NCBI GenBank assembly: GCA_021809895.1
Contig: JAJZJU010000002.1
Span: forward strand, 1 to 52,398
Source of the DNA: a bacterium
Lineage (GTDB): Bacteria; Chloroflexota; Dormibacteria; Aeolococcales; Bog-877
Reading direction: 5' to 3'
DNA: 52,398 nucleotides
The notes below the pieces were generated by a model, which saw only the letters and a list, made by a program, of their open reading frames with translations, had not been told where the DNA came from and ran no database searches. A program made the translations under genes and the position numbers. Positions 35,998 to 45,316 of the stretch are shown in pieces (positions within the stretch are counted from its first letter, which is position 1; each line of letters starts with the position of its first letter).

Positions 35998-36838
35998 GCC
36001 GCTCCCGGTGGCCGGGAGCCACCCGGTCGAGCGCGGAAGCCAGTTCCTGCAGCAGCCACGCCCACGCCCTGGGACCGTCCAGGCAGTGATCGGCCGCCTC
36101 CAACAGCAGGGGACTCGCATCCGCTCCAAGGATCCCGATCGCCCAGGCCAACTCCAGGACGTCACTGCGGCGGTGCAGCTCCTCCATCGCGGGCAGGTCG
36201 CCCAGATCGTCGCCCGCGAAGACGCAGCCGCGGGGATGGATGCGATCGAGTATGGCCGCCAGTGCGGTGCCCTTGTTGCCACTCCTGGGTGGACGCACCT
36301 CCACCACCAGCTTGCCCCTCACCACATCCAGGCCCTCGTCGCCGGCGACCCGGTCCACGATCCGGCGCACCAGCTGAGCGGCGCGGCGTGGTTCAGGGGA
36401 ATTGCGATAGTGGACCGCCACGCCCATCGTCTTGGCCTCGACCTGGACCCCTGGCAGCCAACCGGTTATGGTCTCCAGGTCGCGGGCCAGCCGCATCAGG
36501 CGCTTGGAGGGTGGCGGGAGTGGCGGCAGCGGCTCGTCCCTGGTCAGTCGCATCCAGGGCTCCAGGCCATAGCTGCCCAGCAGCAGCACCCCCGGGACCG
36601 GGCACTGGATTGCCAGGTTGGCCAGGTCCCGAGCGCTGATCACCGCGACCGGGGTCCGGTGGGCGAGCCTGGCCAAGGCGGCGGTCGCCTCGGGGAGCGG
36701 CCGGGCCCGCCTGGGGTCCCTGACCACCGGCGCGATCGTTCCGTCGAAGTCGGTCGCGATCAGCAGGCTGCCCCGCCGCGCCAGCCGCACCAGCGGTGCG
36801 ATCAGGGAGGACCGGCGGTCGGAGGCTTGAGGTCCCAC
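35975..36838 (-). CDS. otsB: Trehalose-phosphatase (HAD family)
   Basis: LIATDFDGTIAP (HAD motif I), VISARD, and GNKGTAL...FAGDDLGD (motifs III/IV). The start is set at GTG 36838; TTG a few codons upstream is also possible. The remaining ~300 N-terminal residues of the 592-aa track ORF are antisense to real genes. The 3' end overlaps otsA by 23 nt (convergent). Confidence 0.8.
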   Translation of the reverse strand: MGPQASDRRSSLIAPLVRLARRGSLLIATDFDGTIAPVVRDPRRARPLPEATAALARLAHRTPVAVISARDLANLAIQCPVPGVLLLGSYGLEPWMRLTRDEPLPPLPPPSKRLMRLARDLETITGWLPGVQVEAKTMGVAVHYRNSPEPRRAAQLVRRIVDRVAGDEGLDVVRGKLVVEVRPPRSGNKGTALAAILDRIHPRGCVFAGDDLGDLPAMEELHRRSDVLELAWAIGILGADASPLLLEAADHCLDGPRAWAWLLQELASALDRVAPGHRERPIAPAGR

Positions 36839-36893
36839 CTTTTGATCATAGGAGTCCCAACTCGCCAAGCCGCCATCCGCTACCCTGCATGAG

Positions 36894-37286
36894 ATGGCCA
36901 ACTCCGACCTCTCCGAGGAGCCGATCTCGCGACTCGTCGGCGAGCTGGGCGACGATATCCGCCAGCTCGCGGCGGACGAGCTGGCACTGGTCAAGGCTGA
37001 ACTCAAGCGCAGCGCCCGCCGAGGTCTCAGGGTGGCCATCGCCGGAGTCGTCGCCGGGGTGGGTCTGAGCCTGTTCTGCATCTTCGCCCTGATCACACTG
37101 GTGGAGTGGATCCCCAACCACACCCTGGTGGCGGGGCTGGTGGCCGCAGTGGGGCTGGTGCTGCTGGTGGTGGGAGCTGCCTGGATCTGGTCCAACCGCC
37201 ACCTGTGGCCCTTCACCGATAGCAAGCAAAGCCTGATTGAGGATCTTGAGTGGGCACGACTCCAGAGCAAGCGCGCACACAGATAG
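36894..37286 (+). CDS. Phage_holin_3_6 (actinobacterial Holin-X) family membrane protein
   Basis: ISRLVGELGDDIRQLAADELALVKAELKRSARRG is followed by two TM helices. This pattern matches the Holin-X/DUF1469-like family. Confidence 0.75.
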   Translation: MANSDLSEEPISRLVGELGDDIRQLAADELALVKAELKRSARRGLRVAIAGVVAGVGLSLFCIFALITLVEWIPNHTLVAGLVAAVGLVLLVVGAAWIWSNRHLWPFTDSKQSLIEDLEWARLQSKRAHR

Positions 37287-37699
37287 CCGCCACCCGGGCC
37301 AGGGCCGACGCGACCCTTGACCGCATCGAGTCGCGTCTGCGGCAGGAGCTGGACCCCAAGCGACGGCTGCGCCGCGATGGTGCCCGGATCGCGCTCGGGG
37401 TGGGCGTGGTGGCTGTGGTCGGAACCGTCTACGTCCTGCGCCGACGCCGCCACCGCAGAGAGGATCCGGAGGCCAGGGACTGGATCGAGGAGATGCCCGA
37501 GGAGTGGCGCCAGCGGCTGCAGGAGCTGCTCAGGGAGGCTGCCGCCCACACCCACAGCGGCGGGTCGGTCCCCAGGCCGGAGCGCTCCAGGGGGCTCGCC
37601 CAATCCCTGGCTCTGAGGGCGGGCCGCATGGCTGTCCCGGTGGTCATGAACGCCGTCGCCGAGCGGCTGGCCTCCAGACAGTCTCGCAACCCGGCCTGA
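37250..37699 (+). CDS. DUF3618 domain protein (single TM)
   Basis: TPEQARTQIAATRARADATLDRIESRL matches the DUF3618 N-terminal helix, and the TM helix is IALGVGVVAVVGTVYVL. The GTG start lies 37 nt inside the preceding gene. Confidence 0.7.
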   Translation: MGTTPEQARTQIAATRARADATLDRIESRLRQELDPKRRLRRDGARIALGVGVVAVVGTVYVLRRRRHRREDPEARDWIEEMPEEWRQRLQELLREAAAHTHSGGSVPRPERSRGLAQSLALRAGRMAVPVVMNAVAERLASRQSRNPA

Positions 37700-37758
37700 G
37701 GAGACATCCTTGACTGTGGTTTCAGGCCGCCGGGTCTGCCCTGCCCACCTCAACCTTC

Positions 37759-38397
37759 ATGGCTGAGTCCGAACCTTCCCCAGCGGCCCCGCCGGTTAGA
37801 CGACTCAACCAAGGTGACGCTGATCAACTCGGGGAGATGCTGGCGCGCGCCTTCGCCGGCGACCCCACCTCGGCCTGGCTCTTCCCTGGGGCGTCAACTC
37901 GAGCCGGGCGGCTGCTGCGCTGGTACCGGCTCACTGCCAGGGTCCTGACCGCCACCGGTGAGGGCTGGGGAACCGACGATCTGAGCTCGGCGGCCTTCTG
38001 GCTGTCGATGGGCGCCGGGCCCGGCGCCCCTGCCAGTGGCCGCGTCGGCAAGCTTCTGCGCTGGAACCTGGAGGCGGCTGCTCTTATGGGCAGGAGGTTG
38101 CCCGCGGCGGCCTGGACCACGGCTCGAGTGCACCGCCTCCATCCGCAGGGTCCGGGGTGGTACCTGGCGGTGCTGGGCACAGACCCGGCTCGACAGCGCC
38201 AGGGTCTCGCGTCAGCGGCCCTGGCGCCGGTCTTGGAGCGCTGTGACCGGCTGGGGATTCAGGCATACCTGGACACGGCCACGGGATCCGATGTTCATTT
38301 CTATGAGGGGCGCGGCTTTCGGGTTGTCGGCGAGCTCAGTCCCGCCCGGGCGCCTCACTTCTGGGTGATGAGGAGAGCTCCCCGCGCAGAAAGGTGA
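37759..38397 (+). CDS. GNAT family N-acetyltransferase
   Basis: YLAVLGTDPARQRQGLASAALAPVLERCD...FYEGRGFRVVGE is a GNAT acetyl-CoA binding core. Confidence 0.8.
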   Translation: MAESEPSPAAPPVRRLNQGDADQLGEMLARAFAGDPTSAWLFPGASTRAGRLLRWYRLTARVLTATGEGWGTDDLSSAAFWLSMGAGPGAPASGRVGKLLRWNLEAAALMGRRLPAAAWTTARVHRLHPQGPGWYLAVLGTDPARQRQGLASAALAPVLERCDRLGIQAYLDTATGSDVHFYEGRGFRVVGELSPARAPHFWVMRRAPRAER

Positions 38398-38435
38398 GGT
38401 GGAGCGTCATCGGGGCTGATCCTGGTGCCGGCGGC

Positions 38436-41177
38436 TCACTCGTAGCGGAGCACCTCGAGGGGGCGGACCCGGACCGGTCCCCACGCCACCAGAGCGGCGG
38501 TCAGCACCGCCACCAGGATCGCCCCCACCACAATTGCCAGGGACAGCGGGGTCGGGATCCCCAGTGAGATCTTGATCACCAACCGTCCCAGCGGCAGCAG
38601 CGCCAGTGCGATCGCCAGCATTCCCCCCGTGGCTCCCAGCCAGGCCACCGTGCCCGTCTCGATCAGCACCTGGGCGAAGACCGCCCTGCTCCCCTGGCCA
38701 ACCGCCTTCTGGATGCCGATCTCGCGTCGGCGCTCCAGCAATGAGAGCGCGACAGAGTTGGCGATGATGACGATGCCGGCCAGCAAAGCCAGCGAGGCGA
38801 TGGCGGTCAGGAACAGGATCGCGTTGTTGAGGAACTGGTCGATGATGAGGGTGAAGTCGGCTAGGCTTATCACCTGGGCGCCGGTGACCGCTCCACGCAG
38901 ACTGGTGGCGGCGGCGTCCGCGCGATTGGGAGGAAACTTCATCTCGACCACCTCCATCACCCCGCTGCCACCGACCAAACTGGTGGTCCTGGTGGTGGCC
39001 AGGATGGGCGCGACTGTGGTGGTGATCGAGATCCCGCTCTTGGCGCTGCGCCGGGCGATGGTGTAGAAGCCGACCACCTTGACCTCGACTGCCCGGCCAC
39101 CCCTCGCCAGCGGGTCCAGGAGGCCGACCCGGTCGCCGAGGCGCAGGTGGTAAGGGGCCTTCTGCAGGGCGTTCTCCAAGAGGACGCCGTTGCTGGACTG
39201 GTCGGACAGGTTCAGCTGGCGGCCCGAGGTGATGTCGACCGGGGGCACCACTCCGCCCTGCACGTTGAAGCCCTGGAGGCCACTGAGAAGTGCGGTCGCT
39301 CCACGCCCGCGGCCGGTCTGAGCGCGGCTGGGGACCGCCTTGGTGAATGGGACGCCGTTGATGGAGACCGGCTCGGAGACGGCTGCGTTGGAGGTCAGTT
39401 GCTGGTGGGGGTGCAGGTCGTTAACCGCCCGTGCCAGCGCTGCTCGGTCCGTGGACGGGGCGACCGCGATCACGTTGTAGGTGGTGGACTTGGTGATGAT
39501 CGAGTTCAGGTCGGCGCGGATGTCGGTGCCCAGGACCAGGATGAGACCGACCGCAAACACCCCCACGAAGAGGGCGACCGCGGTGGCGGCGGTGCGGGTG
39601 CGTTGACGGCCGGCATTGCGGAAGGCGAACCTGACCACCGACTTGGCCGGACGGGGCAGCACCACCACCACGTAGCCGAGCAGGGCGAAGGCGATCATGA
39701 GTGCTCCCACGGCGCGCAGGCTGGCGACCGTGGTGACGGCGACAGCGACCACCAGTGCCACCGTGACCAGGAGCAGGTGGCTGGCCGTGAAGCGCTCCGG
39801 GACGGGCAGGCGGCCCACCGCCGCAAGGGCCACGCTGAAGAGTCCAGTCAGCAAGAGCAGGGCGATGCCGGTGCCCACCACCAGGAAGAGGGCAAGAGTG
39901 GCTGAGCCCAGGATCAGGGAGGCCAACAGCCAGAAGAGGACGCCCACCAATCCCATCAGCAGCAGGCTGGAGCCGATCACGGCTGCGCTGGTCGTCGCTG
40001 GATCGTCCCGCAGGACCGCCGCCGGCCGCACCCGGCTGAGACGGACGATGGGGAGGATGGCGAATATGCAGGTGGTGGCGACGCCGATCCCCACTCCGGC
40101 CAGGATCACCTCCCAGTCGAGCACGAAGTTGATGTCGAGGGAGGCTATGTTCTCCAGCAGCAAGCGGATTCCGTCGGACAGTCCGATTCCCGCCAGGGCT
40201 CCGGCGACCCCTCCGGTCAGCCCCAGCAGAGCCGCCTCCAGGCCGAACAGCAAGTAGAGATCACGTCTTCGGTATCCGGTGGTCTTCAACATCGCGATCT
40301 CGAGCCGACGCCGGGACAGGCTCACCTGCATGGTGTTCACGATCCCGATCCCTCCAATCAGGAGCGCCGCCAGCCCGGCCACCGCCAGAAATTGGGTCAG
40401 CTGCTGATCGGCCTTCCGATCCGAGTTCAAAGCCTGTTGCACGGTGGAGACCGTCGCCAGCGGTAGCTCGCGGCTGAGGTCTGCCGCCACTTTCGAGGCC
40501 TGCCCGGAGTTCCTGGTGGTCAGGTAGACCTCGCCGTAGTCCACCGGCGCCGACCTGGAAACGCTGGAATCCAGGCTGGCGTTGGAGGTGAGCACATCCT
40601 GGGACAAGCCGGCCGGGGCGTTACCCTGGACGACCCCCCCCACGGTCCAGTAGATAGGGTGTTTGGCGGCCGCCGCGTTGACCCGGACCCGGGACCCGAC
40701 CCTGGCCTTGAGCAGGGTGGCTATCCCCGCCGAGAGGACCATCGTGTTGCGGCGCCTCATCAGCTCCGTGAAGGTGCCCTCGGCGCCCGGATTCAGCGCC
40801 AGTTTGCCGACCAGCGGGAAGGTGGCCGGGTCGACCGCGTCGATGACCGCGGAGACACCCTGGCCGTTGCCCTTGATCAGGGTCGCCTGGTATTCGCGGA
40901 CCGCCGTGTAGCCGGTTATCTGTCCGCTCGACTTCAGGCTGGCGAAGGTGGAAAGCTCGGACGAGGACATTGGAACCGCTGTCGAGACGACCGATATGTC
41001 GCCCCCATTGGCCTGGCGCACGTTGGCGGTGAGCGAGGAGGAAACCATCGCGGCTGCCAGCTGCAGGCCAACGATCGCCATCACCCCGACGCCGACGCAG
41101 AAGGCGCCCAGCACCGTCCGTCGGCCCCCTCGTCGCAGGGACCTGGTCGTGTAGCGGAGGTAGAGCCCGGACTTCAA
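38436..41177 (-). CDS. ABC transporter permease with two FtsX-type (MacB-like) domains
   Basis: At 913 aa it has N-terminal [23 protein letters not shown], two 4-TM FtsX modules and large extracytoplasmic loops. The TTG start overlaps the ATPase stop (TTGA at 41174-41177). Confidence 0.9.
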   Translation of the reverse strand: MKSGLYLRYTTRSLRRGGRRTVLGAFCVGVGVMAIVGLQLAAAMVSSSLTANVRQANGGDISVVSTAVPMSSSELSTFASLKSSGQITGYTAVREYQATLIKGNGQGVSAVIDAVDPATFPLVGKLALNPGAEGTFTELMRRRNTMVLSAGIATLLKARVGSRVRVNAAAAKHPIYWTVGGVVQGNAPAGLSQDVLTSNASLDSSVSRSAPVDYGEVYLTTRNSGQASKVAADLSRELPLATVSTVQQALNSDRKADQQLTQFLAVAGLAALLIGGIGIVNTMQVSLSRRRLEIAMLKTTGYRRRDLYLLFGLEAALLGLTGGVAGALAGIGLSDGIRLLLENIASLDINFVLDWEVILAGVGIGVATTCIFAILPIVRLSRVRPAAVLRDDPATTSAAVIGSSLLLMGLVGVLFWLLASLILGSATLALFLVVGTGIALLLLTGLFSVALAAVGRLPVPERFTASHLLLVTVALVVAVAVTTVASLRAVGALMIAFALLGYVVVVLPRPAKSVVRFAFRNAGRQRTRTAATAVALFVGVFAVGLILVLGTDIRADLNSIITKSTTYNVIAVAPSTDRAALARAVNDLHPHQQLTSNAAVSEPVSINGVPFTKAVPSRAQTGRGRGATALLSGLQGFNVQGGVVPPVDITSGRQLNLSDQSSNGVLLENALQKAPYHLRLGDRVGLLDPLARGGRAVEVKVVGFYTIARRSAKSGISITTTVAPILATTRTTSLVGGSGVMEVVEMKFPPNRADAAATSLRGAVTGAQVISLADFTLIIDQFLNNAILFLTAIASLALLAGIVIIANSVALSLLERRREIGIQKAVGQGSRAVFAQVLIETGTVAWLGATGGMLAIALALLPLGRLVIKISLGIPTPLSLAIVVGAILVAVLTAALVAWGPVRVRPLEVLRYE

Positions 41178-41938
41178 CCGGGTGCGGCGCGAGGGCCCGC
41201 AGCGTCATCGACCAACTCCCCGTCCGCCAGCTGCAGCATCCGGGTGGCGTAGTGGGTGACACTGGCGTCATGGGTCGCAATCACGAAGGTGGTGCCCAGC
41301 GTCTGCTTCAGCTGCCAGAGCAGATCGAGCACCTCCTTGCCTTGGGCTGCGGCCAGGTTCCCGGTGGGCTCATCGGCCACCAGCAGGGGGGGCTGAGTGG
41401 CCAGCGCCCGGGCGATCGCGACTCGCTGCTGCTCGCCACCGGAGAGCTGGCTGGGGCGGTGCTCCATCCGGTGGGAGAGTCCGACCAACCCCAGCAGCTC
41501 CTCCGCCCTGGCGGATGGCGAGCCCTTCCAGGCCCCCGCATAGAGCGGCACCTCAACGTTCTCGCGTGCGGTTAGCGTGGGGATCAGGTTGAACGCCTGG
41601 AAGACCATCCCGACCGTGCGATTGCGGATGCCGGCCAACTTCGACTCGCGCATCGAGGACACGTCGGTGCCGTTGAGGAATACCTGCCCGGAGCTGGGGG
41701 TGTCCAGCCCTGTGATGCAGCCCAGAAGGGTGCTCTTCCCGCTGCCCGACGGGCCCATGAGGGTCACGAATTCCCCAGGCGGGATGCGAAATGTGATGTC
41801 CCGCAGGATCTCGATCCGCTCCTCTCCGAGCGCCAAGGTGCGGCCGAGGTGCCTCACCTCCAGGACCGGGACTTCGCCTGAGGAGGAGCCATTGCTCATC
41901 GCATCCGCGGGGGAGGCTGCGGGAGCGAAGTCACTCAA
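41174..41938 (-). CDS. ABC transporter ATP-binding protein (MacB/LolD type)
   Basis: Walker [10 protein letters not shown], signature [15 protein letters not shown], Walker [12 protein letters not shown]. Confidence 0.92.
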   Translation of the reverse strand: MSDFAPAASPADAMSNGSSSGEVPVLEVRHLGRTLALGEERIEILRDITFRIPPGEFVTLMGPSGSGKSTLLGCITGLDTPSSGQVFLNGTDVSSMRESKLAGIRNRTVGMVFQAFNLIPTLTARENVEVPLYAGAWKGSPSARAEELLGLVGLSHRMEHRPSQLSGGEQQRVAIARALATQPPLLVADEPTGNLAAAQGKEVLDLLWQLKQTLGTTFVIATHDASVTHYATRMLQLADGELVDDAAGPRAAPG

Positions 41939-42084
41939 AGGATCGACTGCGGACCCGGCCAGGATCCGTAACCGGAGGGAGGCACCTCAGCAACGCTAGA
42001 TTCTGCGCTGACACAGGTCCCCTTGCCATCCGCCAAAAGTATGAAATTTCCCCTCACCTGCTGAGCCAATATATTGGACGGGTA

Positions 42085-42900
42085 GTGTTCCCTGCCGCCG
42101 CCAGATCTGCCGAGCTCTCCATGCCCCGTCGGGCGGACCTGGGACCAGTGGAGCGCGCACTCGACCTGCTCGGCCCCGGAATCGGCATGGTGGGCCTGAC
42201 CGACAACCACATGAGCCGCCCGCGGCTCTCGCCGCTGGCAGCCCTGCCCGCCTGCCGGAGCCGCAAGCTTGGGGCCATCGTCCACCTCTCATGTCGCGAT
42301 CGCAACCGGCTCGGTCAGCAGCAGCAGGTGATGGGGGCGGCCGCGCTGGGCGCATCGGGGGTCCTGGTGGTGAGGGGGGATCGCGGAGCAGCGGTCGACA
42401 GCGGGCTGAGCGTGGTGGAGACGCTTGCCTCGATCCCCGAGTGGGCCGCGCCGGGCAACCTGCTGCGCGGGGCGGTGGCGAACCCCTTTGCCCCAAGAGC
42501 TCGGGAGCTCAGGCTGCTCGAGCGCAAGGCCAAGGCCGGAATCGACTTCATCCAGACTCAGATGGTGTTCGACCTAGCGCTGTTCGACTCCTTCCTTGAG
42601 GAGGTCAGGGATGTTATCCCGCCTGAGGTAGCTCTCTTCGCCAGCGTCGGGCTCATTCGGTCCTCTCGCAGCCTGGACTTCGTCCTCCGCTCGCTTCCGG
42701 ACTGTCCCATCCCGGACATCCTGATCGAGCGGATCAGGGCCGGCCAGGGGCTGGAGGTCGCCGCCGAGCTGGCAGCCGAGGTGGGCAGGCGGGATGGGCT
42801 GAGGCTGCATCTGATCCCACTGGGCGGGGAGCGCCACGCCACTGCCTTGGCCCGGGCCTACACCGCCTCCAGGCAGCTCACAGTAAAGGCCACCGCCTGA
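42085..42900 (+). CDS. Methylenetetrahydrofolate reductase (MTHFR) family protein, short non-canonical form
   Basis: HLSCRDRN, VLVVRGD, GIDFIQTQMVFD and VGLIRSSRSLDF align with MetF/MTHFR core motifs. The N-terminus is shorter than in classical MetF. The start may be GTG 42085 or ATG 42121. Confidence 0.78.
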   Translation: MFPAAARSAELSMPRRADLGPVERALDLLGPGIGMVGLTDNHMSRPRLSPLAALPACRSRKLGAIVHLSCRDRNRLGQQQQVMGAAALGASGVLVVRGDRGAAVDSGLSVVETLASIPEWAAPGNLLRGAVANPFAPRARELRLLERKAKAGIDFIQTQMVFDLALFDSFLEEVRDVIPPEVALFASVGLIRSSRSLDFVLRSLPDCPIPDILIERIRAGQGLEVAAELAAEVGRRDGLRLHLIPLGGERHATALARAYTASRQLTVKATA

Positions 42901-44378
42901 TGGGGTGCGATGCTCCCAGCCCCGCCGGCTCCCCGAAAGGGGAGATGAGTCCAGACCAGTTCCGCCGCCATGGGCATGCCGCGATCGAGATGGCGGCCGC
43001 TTACCTGGAGGAGATCTCGGATCTTCCACCCCTGGCTCTGGTGGAACCGGGCCAGCTGGCGGAGCGCTTGCCCAGCCGGGCTCCGGAAGAGGGTGAGTCG
43101 ATGGAGCAGATTCTGGAGGACTTCGAGTCCCTGATCGTCCCAGCGACCACCAACTGGAATCACCCCCGCTTCTTCGCCTACTTCAACAGTTCGGCAGCCG
43201 GTGCCGGAATCATCGGGGAGCTCTTGAGCGCCACTCTCAACGTGAACGCGATGCTGTGGCGGACGGGCCCATCCGCCACCGAGCTGGAGTGGGTGGTTTG
43301 CCGCTGGCTGGCCCAGATGCTGGGGCTCCCCACGACCTTCGACGGACACATAAACGACACCGCCTCCTCCTCCACCCTGGTGGCGCTCGCGGCTGCTCGG
43401 GAGGCGCTGGATCTGGGTGTCCGCGAACAGGGTCTGGCGGGTCGGGCCGACCTCCCCCCAATTCTCATTTACGGCTCGGACCAGGCCCACTCCTCGGTGG
43501 AGAAGGCGGTCATCACCTTGGGGATGGGACGGGCCGGATACCGGCAGGTGCCAACCGACTCCGAGTTCCGCATGGATGTCGGAGCCCTCGACCGCGCGAT
43601 CCAGGAAGACCTTGCCGCGGGGGCCCGGCCCTGCGCGGTGGTGGCCACGGTGGGAACCACCGCCACCACCAGCATCGATCCGGTCCTGGAGATATCCGCG
43701 ATCTGTAGGCAGCGAGGGATCTGGCTGCACGTGGATGCCGCCCATGGTGGGGTCCTGGCGGCCCTCCCTGAGCACCGGGAGCGCGTGTTCGCCGGGGTCG
43801 AGCTGGCCCAGTCGGTTTTGGTGAATCCCCACAAGTGGCTGTTCACCCCGATCGACTGCTCGGTGCTGCTGACCAGTCGTCCGGATGTGTTGCGCCGTGC
43901 CTTCTCGTTGGTTCCGGAATATCTGGCAACTCCGGAATCTGGACGTGAGCAGGGATTCGGCGCCCGCAATCTGATGGACTTCGGAGTGGCGCTGGGCCGC
44001 CGCATGCGCGCCCTGAAGTTGTGGATGGTTCTGCGCTACTTCGGGCAGGAGGGGATCCGGCAGATCCTGCGCTCGCACTTGGAGATGGCGGGCTGGCTCG
44101 CCGCCGAGCTGCAGCGAGCTCCCGATTGGGAGCTTCTCGCGCCCATGCCGATGTCAACCGTCTGCTTTCGCCACCGCCCTTCCGAGCCGGCTTCAGAGGA
44201 CGAACTGGAACGCCACAATCGGGCCCTGATGGCCCGGGTGAACGCCGGTGGCCAGGTATTCATCTCCCATGCCGTGCTCCGAGGGCGCTTCGCTCTCCGG
44301 GCTACCGTGGGGGGACTCCGGACCACGCCCGATGACGTGGCGATCCTGTGGGAGGAGCTTCGGGCCGCCGCTGGCTGA
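42900..44378 (+). CDS. Group II pyridoxal-dependent decarboxylase (aromatic-L-amino-acid / tyrosine decarboxylase-like)
   Basis: TNWNHPRFFAYF, SDQAHSSVEKA, HVDAAHGG and NPHKWLFTPIDCS (PLP lysine). The start overlaps the upstream stop (TGATG at 42898-42902); ATG 42945 is an alternative. Confidence 0.9.
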   Translation: MGCDAPSPAGSPKGEMSPDQFRRHGHAAIEMAAAYLEEISDLPPLALVEPGQLAERLPSRAPEEGESMEQILEDFESLIVPATTNWNHPRFFAYFNSSAAGAGIIGELLSATLNVNAMLWRTGPSATELEWVVCRWLAQMLGLPTTFDGHINDTASSSTLVALAAAREALDLGVREQGLAGRADLPPILIYGSDQAHSSVEKAVITLGMGRAGYRQVPTDSEFRMDVGALDRAIQEDLAAGARPCAVVATVGTTATTSIDPVLEISAICRQRGIWLHVDAAHGGVLAALPEHRERVFAGVELAQSVLVNPHKWLFTPIDCSVLLTSRPDVLRRAFSLVPEYLATPESGREQGFGARNLMDFGVALGRRMRALKLWMVLRYFGQEGIRQILRSHLEMAGWLAAELQRAPDWELLAPMPMSTVCFRHRPSEPASEDELERHNRALMARVNAGGQVFISHAVLRGRFALRATVGGLRTTPDDVAILWEELRAAAG

Positions 44379-44479
44379 ACCCGCTCCCTGGGTCGGGCGC
44401 CCGACTAGGAGGTCGGCCCGGCGAAATTGGCGACTGGGACACTGGGAAGCCGGCCCCATGGGAACGGTGGGCTGGCGGC

Positions 44480-45316
44480 TCAGGCCTCGAACAGCCCGTC
44501 CAGTTGACGGTATCGTGCCCGCCGGCGGGCTGGATCGAATCCGCGCTGGGTGAGCTGGAGCAGGCGCGCCTCCAGGCGCGGCCTCAGGATCGCCGCGGTG
44601 GCATCCCAGTCGGTGTGGGCACCGCCCTCCGGCTCCGGGACGATCTCGTCTGCGATGCCCCAGTCCAGCAGATTGGAGGCCTCCAAACGCAGGGCTGCCG
44701 CGGCATGCTGCTTCTGGCCGGAATCGCGAAAGAGGATGGCAGCCGCAGCCTCCGGGGACGCCACCGATAAGAAGGCGTGTTCCAGCACCATCACGGAGTC
44801 CGCCAGCAGAGTGGCCAGCGCCCCTCCGCTGCCGCCCTCCCCGATCACCACGGCCAGGTAGGGGGTGGGCAGAGCCAGCTGTGCCTCCAGGGTCTGCGCG
44901 ATCGCCCAGGCCTGGCCGCGCTCCTCCGCCGCCACGCCGGGATAGGCGCCGGGGGTGTCGATGAAGCTGATCACGGGAAGCTGCAGCCTTCCAGCCAGGG
45001 TGAACAGCCGCTGGGCCTTGCGATACCCCTCGGGATGGGCCATACCGAAATTGCGCCGCCCGCGCTCCTCCAGGGTCCGGCCCTTCTGGTTGGCCACCAC
45101 CGCCAGCCGCTGTCCGCCGAGACGGGCCAGACCGATCACCATGGCAGCGTCGTCGCCTCCCTGCCTGTCCCCGTGCAGCTCGATGAAGTCGTCCAGGCAG
45201 CGCTGGATCAGGTCGAGAGCATAGGGCCGGTCGGGGTGGCGGGACACCTCGACGTGAGCCCAGGCCGCGGCTGTGTCATCCGCCTCGACCTGAGCCCTGG
45301 GATCGACCGGGCTCAT
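44480..45316 (-). CDS. accA: Acetyl-CoA carboxylase carboxyltransferase subunit alpha
   Basis: RHPDRPYALDLI...ELHGDR, FIDTPGAYPG and AEERGQA motifs. ATG 45316 overlaps the accD stop (ATGA). The upstream 131 aa of the track ORF are an out-of-frame overlap with accD. Confidence 0.9.
   Translation of the reverse strand: MSPVDPRAQVEADDTAAAWAHVEVSRHPDRPYALDLIQRCLDDFIELHGDRQGGDDAAMVIGLARLGGQRLAVVANQKGRTLEERGRRNFGMAHPEGYRKAQRLFTLAGRLQLPVISFIDTPGAYPGVAAEERGQAWAIAQTLEAQLALPTPYLAVVIGEGGSGGALATLLADSVMVLEHAFLSVASPEAAAAILFRDSGQKQHAAAALRLEASNLLDWGIADEIVPEPEGGAHTDWDATAAILRPRLEARLLQLTQRGFDPARRRARYRQLDGLFEA

Noticed and set aside
36894-37286. The Holin-X family gene, considered as evidence for a prophage or lysis cassette.
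   Set aside because: No endolysin, terminase, capsid, integrase or att-like repeat is nearby. The family is common as a chromosomal membrane protein paired with DUF3618.
36839-37753. The N-terminal ~300 residues of the 592-aa minus-strand ORF containing otsB.
   Set aside because: The HAD phosphatase motifs begin only near residue 320. The upstream part is antisense to the Holin-X and DUF3618 genes and is low complexity (Arg/Ser/Pro/Ala).
41939-42084. The leader region of the MTHFR-like gene, checked for a folate/one-carbon riboswitch (ZTP/pfl, THF, SAM).
   Set aside because: I could not find the conserved cores, such as the CCGCCTGGGC-type ZTP 3' element or SAM/THF junction motifs. The region looks like an ordinary AT-richer divergent promoter. 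Only an Infernal scan could settle this.
44392-44405. A perfect 14-nt palindrome, GTCGGGCGCCCGAC, between the convergent decarboxylase and accA genes.
   Set aside because: It could form only a 5-bp stem with a 4-nt loop and has no U-tract. It is too weak to call a terminator and has no second copy in the window.
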